Assembly: GCA_051546255.1 (NCBI GenBank)
Contig: CP128819.1
Span: 310,001-374,000, forward strand
Direction of reading: 5' to 3'
DNA length: 64,000 bases
DNA from: Meyerozyma guilliermondii
Taxonomy: Eukaryota
The notes beneath the pieces were generated by a model. That model had not been told where the DNA came from and ran no database searches. It worked only from the letters and a program-made list of their open reading frames with translations. Of this stretch, positions 21,918 through 30,787 are shown piece by piece. Every line of letters begins with the position of its first letter. Position 1 is the stretch's first letter. Both the position numbers and the translations under genes were made by a program.

Positions 21918-23459
21918 CTAAACATGTCTGCTCGACAGAGTTTCTTCAAGTTCTTCAACACTTCCCATGTCTGATTTACCATCATCGAATTCATCCGTAA
22001 TCAAGTCATCTCTCTCCATTCCCATATCTGCACCACGGTTCTCTGGACCAATTAAAGTGATGAGTATAACGTACGCGAAGACCGCTCCCATAAAAATGGC
22101 CATAACCTTTGCATAATCGAACACGCCATCCTTTCCTTCGACATGAAGTGGAAATCTCTCACCTATAGTTGTCTCAATAGTTGAGCTAGCGCTTGAGCAC
22201 AAATTACCCAACTGATAAGATATACCAGTCACGAATGCACGATACTGAGGTGGGGCCAACTCAGAAAGGTGAATAGGAATCACTCCCCACGCGCCTTGGA
22301 CGCCAGTTTGGAGAAAAAATGCGCCTGCGTTGATACCTGAGCCTTTTATAAATGCCCAAGGGTAGATCATAGCACCACCAATTATGCAAGCAATTATGAT
22401 TGCAAAACGACGTCCAATAAATGTGGACATATGCCCGAACACTATTCCACCAAAGATTGCACCCAAGTTAGCAACTGAGTTCGTTACCGTTGATCTGTCT
22501 GAGCCGTAGCCGTACTGTACGGTCAATAACGTAGGATATAGATCTTGAGAACCATGGGACATGAAATTGAATCCCGACATTAACAAAACGGAGTATATCA
22601 TGACAAGCCAATACTTCTTCATTGCTTGCTTAGCCTGAGAGTTGAATTGAAGTAATTTTGATGGCTCCTTCTCCTTTGCAGCCCTTCTTCTATCAAGCTG
22701 ACGGAGAAAAGTATCTGTTTCAGGCATTGTCAATCTCCAAATTACGAAAATGAGAGCAGGGCCAGCCGAGAACCAGAATAAAGAACGCCAACCCTTGGCT
22801 GTCGTATCCGTTATTGCTCTCTGAAATACAACGACTAAGAGGTATCCCAAAGCGTACCCTTCTTGAAACATTCCACTAACAATACCTCTGGCCTTCACAG
22901 GACAATCATCAAGAGCACAAGCGGCACAGTTTCCAAACATTCCTCCCATAGCAATACCAAATATAGCTCTCACTCCCAAGAATTGCTGGTAGGTCTTAAC
23001 GAAGCCTGTTCCGATCTGTAAGACGATCAAAAGTATCAAGTTAACAACATATGGCCATTTACGACCATATCTGTCACCCCACAAGCCAAAAATGACAGCA
23101 CCAATTGAACGCAACATGAGAACTAAAGTGATTCCCCATGTGATATCTTTCACTGACCTATCCAAATCCTTTGCTATGTTGCTAACATTCAAAGACACTG
23201 CAAAAAAATCGAACGCATCCCATGTCCAGCCAGCCAAGCCCACCAAAAAGAAGTTCCATTGACGAGGCGACAATTCGCCAATCGAAGCAAAAGGATTGAA
23301 AATCTCATTCCATGAGTATTGGCTCCGCTCTTCCTTAGTAGGAACGAGAGTCGTAAACCTTGTTTTCACATATTTGATTACCGACCTCGAAGTAAACAGC
23401 GGCGGTTGCATAATATGCTTATTATGCTCTTGGATAGCCGTGGAGTGAATGGAAGACAT
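21918..23459 (-). CDS. JEN2: Jen2-like dicarboxylate permease (MFS), paralog B
   Basis: WTWDAFDFF, ITWGITLVLMLRSIGA and NFMSHGSQDLYPT; ATG at 23459. The JEN2-subfamily call is from recalled similarity. Confidence 0.8.
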   Translation of the reverse strand: MSSIHSTAIQEHNKHIMQPPLFTSRSVIKYVKTRFTTLVPTKEERSQYSWNEIFNPFASIGELSPRQWNFFLVGLAGWTWDAFDFFAVSLNVSNIAKDLDRSVKDITWGITLVLMLRSIGAVIFGLWGDRYGRKWPYVVNLILLIVLQIGTGFVKTYQQFLGVRAIFGIAMGGMFGNCAACALDDCPVKARGIVSGMFQEGYALGYLLVVVFQRAITDTTAKGWRSLFWFSAGPALIFVIWRLTMPETDTFLRQLDRRRAAKEKEPSKLLQFNSQAKQAMKKYWLVMIYSVLLMSGFNFMSHGSQDLYPTLLTVQYGYGSDRSTVTNSVANLGAIFGGIVFGHMSTFIGRRFAIIIACIIGGAMIYPWAFIKGSGINAGAFFLQTGVQGAWGVIPIHLSELAPPQYRAFVTGISYQLGNLCSSASSTIETTIGERFPLHVEGKDGVFDYAKVMAIFMGAVFAYVILITLIGPENRGADMGMERDDLITDEFDDGKSDMGSVEELEETLSSRHV

Positions 23460-23542
23460 CTCGTAGTTGACGATTTCTTGAAAAAAATTATTCCGTGCCA
23501 AGCCTTAACCGCGAATTTGACAGATTTGACAGGTTCCTGGAA

Positions 23543-23571
23543 TGAGTCACTGAGTCACCTTGAATGAGTCA
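23543..23571. promoter_or_regulatory. Three perfect TGAGTCA (Gcn4/AP-1-type) sites
   Basis: TGAGTCAC at 23543, 23551 and 23565, about 85-110 bp upstream of the JEN2-like ATG. Confidence 0.7.
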
Positions 23572-23700
23572 CCTCTCGATTAATACTTTTTCGAAAAGAA
23601 TGAAAAATCAGAGGTAGGGTAAAGCACAGTAACTTTTTGAACGATATAATTCAGGACAAAATTTGAATCCTTATAGATCCTGACAAATTTTCTACTCCGA

Positions 23701-23786
23701 GTGGGGTAGCTCCGGAGAAGGTGGGGTATATCCCGGGCAGGATGCGGCTCAACATGCATGACAAAAAAAGCCGAGATTTTCCCCAC
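23701..23786. promoter_or_regulatory. Mig1-type GC boxes upstream of the JEN2-like gene
   Basis: GTGGGG at 23701 and 23721, CCCCAC at 23781. Confidence 0.55.
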
Positions 23787-23849
23787 AAAGAATCTCAAAC
23801 TAAGATTCAGAGGTACTTCATTTTTTAATAAACAAACACCATTACTGTA

Positions 23850-26200
23850 TAAGCAATCATACTCCGTTAAGCAAACAATCTTGACAGAATCATTAAACAT
23901 TTGCTTCATCACCAGCAACTTGTACATGATTAGGTAAGCAATCATTTTGTTGCACACACAAGCTTCAAACCATTCCCATCCAAACGAACGAGAGGCGGTC
24001 GGCATAGATAACATTTCAGTATTCACAGATTTTAGTATGACACTCAGACAACGTTACCAATCTACTTTACGGTGTTCTTATCTTGTAATATTTGACAAGT
24101 GAATGATCATACTGTTCAGGATTGAGCGTGCTTTTAGTACACTAAACAGACAAGATCATGGCCAATTCTAACAGTCTGAGCAAGGACTGAACATGTAAAA
24201 ACGAAGTTCAACATGCATACCATATATATGCATGTCTGGTAAGTAACATCTTCTACAAATGGACAATATAAGTCTAGAAATTGAATCTATATGATTGTGA
24301 ATTAATGACTATTGAACAAAGTAACTGAGTAGCGTAAGTCACCTGTAGAGTAAGCCCATATCATTTCTGTACGATCGACCAGGTGCGGTAATCTGCATTT
24401 CGAATACAAGAGGTTCTCTCTATCGCAACATCATCAGATCTTGAATACATTGCAAAGGCGCCACTCTTGTTAAGACAAAATTCCATGAGTGGCCCAATGA
24501 CAAGGTCCACATACAAACACATTCGTGCCACTCACACCCCGATAAATTTGACTCAAAATTAGAACGATTAAATTGTCTACTTTTTACTAAAGATCACTCT
24601 TCCATGGATACATCAAATTACAATTCAAGATCAAGCTGAACACAAGCTAGATTCTCCTCGAGCAAAATAGCATCCAGTGAACTAGAAAGTTCGCGGTATC
24701 AATCGGATTCGCGATTACATCTCTGCAACTTAGAAAGAAGTCAAACCAATGTTAGTCAATCCATTTGCGAATATCAGCAAGTTCCCATACTTCCTATCAA
24801 TTCATAAGAAAGCTAAAAAAAAAGACAAAACTACAGCGACCAATATTTAATATACTATTAACAATTATAACATTTGGTTGAGGAGGAAATATGATATTAA
24901 ATCGTGTAACCGGACATCGCTCTATACTTCTTTTCAATAAATGGCTACAATGATACATTGCCATCATGAAGGACTAAGTATGACAGTCCTTATGCCGATC
25001 AAATGTACAAATCTCTCAACCAGACCATACCACGAGTAGCCGTATATGTTTCCCAGACGAACAAGTCTTGAAATTGACATCTAGAACATTAACGACGAGA
25101 ATACAGTATACTGGTCAATGCATCAATAACCAACCTTCTATCATTCTATCATACTCTAGAATTTCATGAACAGGTATCAGAAAGTCTATGTATATTGAAA
25201 ACATACGTTGATTCCCGGTTAGGTACAACATCTCCAATATCTGAAATTTTGCCCAAGCCGTAGAAGTATTTTCTATCGGCCAATAAGTTTGCTACGATAA
25301 CTTGATAACTGTAAAGGCTCGTTTCTTGTTTAGCAACTCGTCCTTGGTTCTATCGATCACAGTAGGATACTCAGATTGCTATACTCGATATCATTCAAAC
25401 AAGATATTATGCTCTCAGTACTCTATTCCGCAAGGACACCTACATATATTATTTTGGCAAACAATTCATGCTATTGGAACGTGGGAAGAATCATAAAGTC
25501 TTTACGGTTTGTGCTTCCTAGATTTGTTACACAGTCTACAGTGTATCAGGTACCCCCCTCATCAGACTCATTATGCCCTGCGCTTATATCCTCATTTCGT
25601 CTCTGAACAGACTTGTAGAAGGTTGTAGATACCGTAATTACCGTGTCCCTCTCAGTCTAAGCCTGTAGACAGCACGTTATTGAATGCCATCATCACTCCA
25701 GCAAAGAAGAATCACATTATACGGCTCCGTATACTTTTTTTGAGTAGTTGATGCTGTTTTGAGAAGGTGTACTTCTCAAATATGTATTTGATTGTAACAT
25801 TCTCTATCATTTCTTTTATTATACCTTTTTGCTATTATAGTGATTTTATCAGCTTTATAGTGTGAGGGCCATTAAAGCTATCCACTTATCGACTATCTAA
25901 TGCAATATTCACAACTTTTACTATGTAAGACTAAAGCTCATGTGGTTACCTATCTTGCTTTGTGCGAGCTATGGTTTGAGTAACTGACATTGTGTTTTGT
26001 GTACATAATTGTGCTATACCAGTGGAGGTTTTTGAGTGGAACCAGTGAGTTCCACTTTATGCGCCTGAAGTGAGCTCATTCCTAGTGACGAATACTACAA
26101 CGATCGTTGTACAACTTATAAAATTGTCATCTTGTTTCTCGTATTAATATTTGTTCCTCACTATTTCCGGAAAGTTGTTCCTTGGTAGTAGCTCAATGTA
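23850..26200. other. Candidate regional centromere core (AT-rich, no intact gene)
   Basis: Part of the largest gene-free gap in the window. Low GC (12/60 at 24841-24900; 14/60 at 25801-25860), a skew inversion, and adjacency to genes whose orthologs are centromere-linked. Boundaries are approximate. Confidence 0.6.
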
Positions 26201-26379
26201 ACTCTAATTTCCAATTTAGACTAAATTGCCCTTTGTGGCATCGCCTACCCGTGCATTGTGCTTTGAAAGAGCAAGTGATAAGTAGGCGTATCCAAGATCC
26301 TTTGTCCGCAATTGATCCGTGGATCTCGAACATACACGTTAAAGGCCTTGATCTAAGGCAATGAAAGCGAGAAAGGTGG

Positions 26380-27790
26380 TAAGGTGGTGCCCTAATTGAT
26401 ATGTAGTATTTCATACAATCAAACCAAGAAGACAGGAAGCCAAAACCAAAAGATAAAGTGGGAAGTTGTTATGCTTTGGTACTGAAGCAACTGTAGTCTG
26501 AAGAGGCACCTTATGTTCATGTTACTATATGACCCAACTTGTGTGTAGAGTTGTTGATGATGGTATGTTTGTCCTAATTAGTCTTCCTAATTTTTGTATT
26601 TTTACTCCTCATCAAAATAATCATCAAGTAAACACCAGAGGCATATCGCTTAATTGTAGAATGTGCATACCTCAACGGCTCCCTTACCCATAACAAATAG
26701 AGGATCAGACCAAAAATTTTAGTTTGAGAGAATATGGAAGGTTATCATAACTCGAAGGGTTACTAGTGAGGCGATCAAGATGCCCTGCTACCGAATTGTC
26801 CCTCCCTCTCAACTGATGCCACCATTCACTCAGGTGGACAGTTCATCAAAAGCGTTCATAGAACCCAAATGGCAAGTATAGCTACCCTTGCCATAGATTA
26901 CGACATGTGGACGGGCAGTAACCGTGGACGTTTGAGTTTATTTCACGCATCCTCATGGGCTCGATGGTAGGTTCCTCGGTATATGGTATATACGTTCTTA
27001 ACGGGAGATCGCTTTATGTTTGGTCATTTAATCCGGAAGTAAACCGAAATACTATCGACACTTTCAAACGTATGCTGATTGAAACGAGCATATCATGAAC
27101 TTTAGTTTTAGGGTGTCTCAGCTTTTATACTGGGTCAGAGATATAGAAGAAAGCATGTCAGACCGACCATATTGATAACGACTTCGATAGGCATACTTGG
27201 CAATGTTCCATTAATTAATTGGAAATGAATTCGCAACTCAAGCCCTGACCATGTTCTGCCACTTCTTCACCAACCACTATATCCCTAACAAAGCGCAGAT
27301 TGCAGATTGATGTCCAGACAGGTAGATACACGATGGTTACCGGATTGGTTGCTCTTGCATGCCCTAATTGAGATACTTATGCCCGGTTCGAAGTTCTGTA
27401 AGGAATAGACCGATTCGAGAAGACCCGAACGCACGTAGTCCAAGAGTTCGTTTGGCTCGATGTTATGGGGATTATTACCGAGGTACGAGAAGGCGCTGCG
27501 GGTGAACCGTTATCACCCTGAGGATTTCCGTATACATCGGCCGATTGGGCCATCGGATTCTGTGGGGCTGAAGGGAACGGAGATGCCTAATATGACAAAG
27601 AACTCGAGTTTTGCACCAGAGATGGTTCGGCCAAGGCACCAAACGGATTGCTCTTGACCGCCGCGAACGTGGAGTTCACAAAAGTCTTGCGTCCATGCTC
27701 ACTGGATGCACTCGAAGCGAGGGCATAGGGACTCATGTTGTAGTGGAAGAGATAAAATTGGTTGTGAAAAATACCGTTATCAATTTTCAA
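26380..27790 (+). mobile_element. Degenerate hAT-superfamily DNA transposase relic
   Basis: hAT motifs occur in the correct order across broken frames: BED-like CPN* (26388-26399) and S-CTG-KRHL (26495-26512); LAIDYDMWTG (26887-26916); PCSA/H (27249-27262, 1-nt shift); RQVDTRWL (27316-27339); TAANVE../SLASMLT...R...E....VKN (27657-27773). Confidence 0.65.
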
Positions 27791-28274
27791 TTTTGGCATA
27801 CGTGTGCTTCTGAGTGACAACTGTGTTGGATGTTGGTTCACTCTACAGTAACGAAAGTAGAGTGAAGACTGAGCTGATTTGATAATTACAAAATACTCTG
27901 ATTCATAAGCCCAAGCAATGAGAACCTTTTCTAATTTCCACGATCAGTGTTCATTTCTTAGGAGTTAGTCATCACAGTTATCGTTCCTCTTATCTCACTT
28001 CGTTGAATAACTGTATTTTGAAACTAATGTTCGACTATAATAAAAATGTGAGATTTTTCAGAATACCACAATCTCGCAAAAGAAACAATTCTTTCAGTTT
28101 CATAGTGAGAACGTGCCGAAAATTCCTTTGAACTATTAGAAGGACCATAGTTGGGCTACATACAAGGAAAAAGATCGTCATCGAGCCTACATCTTAATAG
28201 CCTAAAATCGTCGATTGAAATAAGCAAATAACGCAATAATACACAAGAAAAATAAACCTTAACCGACCAAATCC

Positions 28275-28664
28275 CTAATTGGCAGCAGATGAGTATTTAG
28301 TAATAGTTCTAGTAGCTTCAGAAACAGCGTGCTTAGCCAACTCACCAGGCAAGATCAATCTCACGGCAGTTTGAATCTCTCTAGCAGAAATAGTTGACTT
28401 CTTGTTGTAGGCAGCCAATTTCGAAGCTTCGGAAGCGACTCTCTCAAAGATGTCATTTACGAAAGAGTTCATGATAGACATAGCCTTCTGGGAAATACCA
28501 GTATCTGGGTGTGTTTGCTTCAAGACCTTGTATATGTACGAAGAGTATGTTTCCTTTCTTGTCTTGGTCCTCTTCTTGGAGTCAGTCGAAGCAGTCTTTT
28601 TGGCAGCTGGCTTCTTCTCAGCTGGAGCCTTTGAAGCGGGTTTCTTTTCTGCTTTTGGAGCCAT
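28275..28664 (-). CDS. HTB2: Histone H2B (HTB2-like by synteny)
   Basis: [19 protein letters not shown] and a histone fold; divergently paired with H2A. Confidence 0.97.
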   Translation of the reverse strand: MAPKAEKKPASKAPAEKKPAAKKTASTDSKKRTKTRKETYSSYIYKVLKQTHPDTGISQKAMSIMNSFVNDIFERVASEASKLAAYNKKSTISAREIQTAVRLILPGELAKHAVSEATRTITKYSSAAN

Positions 28665-28974
28665 TTTATGTGATCAAATTATAGGTTGGAGATTATAAGT
28701 TAACCGCATCTTTATGAATGCTCCCTTCTATATATACTACTGCACGAATGTTACCAAAACAAACAATTTGCAGCTACGAAGCGCGCGACAAATAGCGTGA
28801 TCCAAAATACGCAGCATATGTTAGTGATGTAATTTCGCATTCGTGGTGTAAACGCAAGCACGATACTCAGCGTGAAGCCGGAACATATTTACTAACGATC
28901 TGTACGATTTGCGCATTGTATAAAAGCGTCTTGTTGGCGCATTTCGTGAATACTATCTCAAATTTATTACAAAT

Positions 28975-29367
28975 ATGTCTGGTAAAGGTAAATCTGCAGG
29001 CGCTGATAAAGCTTCCACATCAAGATCCGCTAAGGCTGGATTGACATTCCCAGTTGGTAGAATCCACAGATTGTTGAGAAAGGGAAATTACGCACAAAGA
29101 GTTGGTTCCGGTGCACCCGTTTACTTGACCTCTGTCTTGGAATACTTGACCGCTGAAATTTTGGAGTTGGCCGGAAACGCTGCAAGAGACAACAAAAAGT
29201 CGAGAATCATTCCAAGACACTTGCAATTGGCTATCAGAAATGATGAAGAATTGAACAAGTTATTGGGTGACGTTACTATCGCTCAAGGTGGTGTCTTGCC
29301 AAACATCCACCAGAACTTATTGCCTAAGAAGTCCGGTAAGGGCGACAAGGCATCTCAAGAATTATAA
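28975..29367 (+). CDS. HTA2: Histone H2A (HTA2-like by synteny)
   Basis: [20 protein letters not shown] and C-terminal SQEL. Confidence 0.97.
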   Translation: MSGKGKSAGADKASTSRSAKAGLTFPVGRIHRLLRKGNYAQRVGSGAPVYLTSVLEYLTAEILELAGNAARDNKKSRIIPRHLQLAIRNDEELNKLLGDVTIAQGGVLPNIHQNLLPKKSGKGDKASQEL

Positions 29368-29545
29368 GCTTATTAAAGGTGGTTTTAATTCTTTGTGTAT
29401 TATAATATCTAAATTGAATGCTAGGGATAATTTATGATGATTGTAAATGAGTAACTGCTTCATAGGTAGGTGCAAGAGAAGATGGTCATTTCATTACATA
29501 ATCAAACTAGCTGATATCACAGGCGAAATTTAATCTCTTTCAATA

Positions 29546-29972
29546 ATGGCGCTACAACTTAAGGGTCGGACACGTCGCAACTGGAGGTTGCCTTTAACCA
29601 CGGGTGCCGTAGTATTAGGTATTGGTTTACTTGCTTTTAAGACATTTCCACACTTAAAAGATTCCCTTTCACAGTATCTCACGGGTGAAGATACAACCGA
29701 GGATGATAATGAACCCATAGAAGTTGAGCCTGTCGATCGGAAAGAAAGCGAGGCACAGACTCCAACATCATCAAGCCTTAAAGATACCGAACACTCGGAT
29801 GTCTCCCAGTGGAATGAGAATGAGATGAAAGGATGGCTCCATGAAGTAAGTATTAGTGGACTTTATCCGATTAGATGAATACTAACGTTAGAAAGAAATC
29901 AGTCCTCCAGCGGATGCTACTCGTCGTGACCTTGCTTCCCTTATTAAGTCAATCCAGGAGAATTCTCGCTAG
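29546..29972 (+). CDS. 126 aa single-TM protein with a C-terminal Ish1/HeH-like motif; 2 exons (29546-29845, 29892-29972)
   Basis: 46-nt intron GTAAGT...TACTAAC-GTTAG (29846-29891), phase 0. The spliced product ends WNENEMKGWLHEKEISPPADATRRDLASLIKSIQENSR. Confidence 0.8.
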
Positions 29973-30107
29973 TTATAATATTGTGGTGTCAGCTACCGTG
30001 TTCGAGTTTTTCATGAAGCTCTTTGCCGCCTTCACGAGGATACTCCAAAGGTAATTCTTTCTTCATGTCTCTATATACGTATACACTAATTTATGAACAC
30101 GAAAGGT

Positions 30108-30641
30108 TTATGTCACAGCATGCTTCCTCTTCCAGGTTTCAATACCTTTCTCGAAATTGGTTCGAGTTAGACCTATACTTTCATCATCAAGGTGTACGAA
30201 GGTACAATTAATCGACTTCACGTCGCTATTCCGATATTCATCATCATACAACACAAATCCTCCCTGTTTCAACTCGTTGGTCATTCGTAACTCTTTTGCA
30301 GCTTTCGATATATGTTTGATCTTTGAACCTTGTCCCCATTGGAGCGAATGAAAGTATTTGATCGCGGGCTTTTCGCCAATATGAAGAAGAGACAAAAGCT
30401 CTTGTGCTACTCTCGGAGTTGCGGTTCTGCTTGCTCCTATGATTGTAACTCCTTGGGCCTCCAACTCAAGAAAAATCAGCTCGACGTCCTTATAAAAGGC
30501 AATCTCTGTGCCGTAGCGGTCTAATACTTTTCTCTTCGTATGAGCTTTTAAGGGCATACTAATATGAGTATCACACCAAAGTGGCCATAGTGTATAATCT
30601 AGATCGAAAACTATGGCGTTCGGATACTCGTAGGGTGCCAT
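30108..30641 (-). CDS. Magnesium-dependent phosphatase 1 (MDP-1, HAD family; YER134C-like)
   Basis: VFDLDYTLWP, ASRT and LYDDEYRN motifs; ATG at 30641. Confidence 0.92.
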   Translation of the reverse strand: MAPYEYPNAIVFDLDYTLWPLWCDTHISMPLKAHTKRKVLDRYGTEIAFYKDVELIFLELEAQGVTIIGASRTATPRVAQELLSLLHIGEKPAIKYFHSLQWGQGSKIKHISKAAKELRMTNELKQGGFVLYDDEYRNSDVKSINCTFVHLDDESIGLTRTNFEKGIETWKRKHAVT

Positions 30642-30787
30642 AGATTTACAGTCTGCAAATTTACGCATTCTTGCGTAGCAATTGTGCAGGAAGATAAGAG
30701 GGGTGATATGAAATCGCGGGGCCACAGGAAATACATATTGTTGCCACCCCGATTGCATCTTATAGTTTAGTGAGCTGTAAGTTGACT

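Noticed and set aside
23580..25606. Short ORFs 23580-24026, 25302-25496 and 25376-25606
   Set aside because: Non-ATG starts, atypical composition and no motifs; likely spurious.
27383..27397. tRNA T-loop-like GGTTCGAA
   Set aside because: No cloverleaf or A-box context.
26600..27800. Telomerase RNA or another large ncRNA (Sm-like AATTTTGG at ~27789)
   Set aside because: No convincing template or RNase P/MRP/snRNA motifs. Ordered hAT protein motifs explain the region better.
23850..28270. Point centromere (CDEI-II-III) or Ty5/LTR cluster
   Set aside because: I found no CDEI-AT-rich-CDEIII arrangement, LTR pair, or gag/pol motifs by eye.
28889..28896. TACTAAC in the H2A/H2B promoter as a 5'UTR intron branch point
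   Set aside because: No nearby 3' AG or good 5' splice site.
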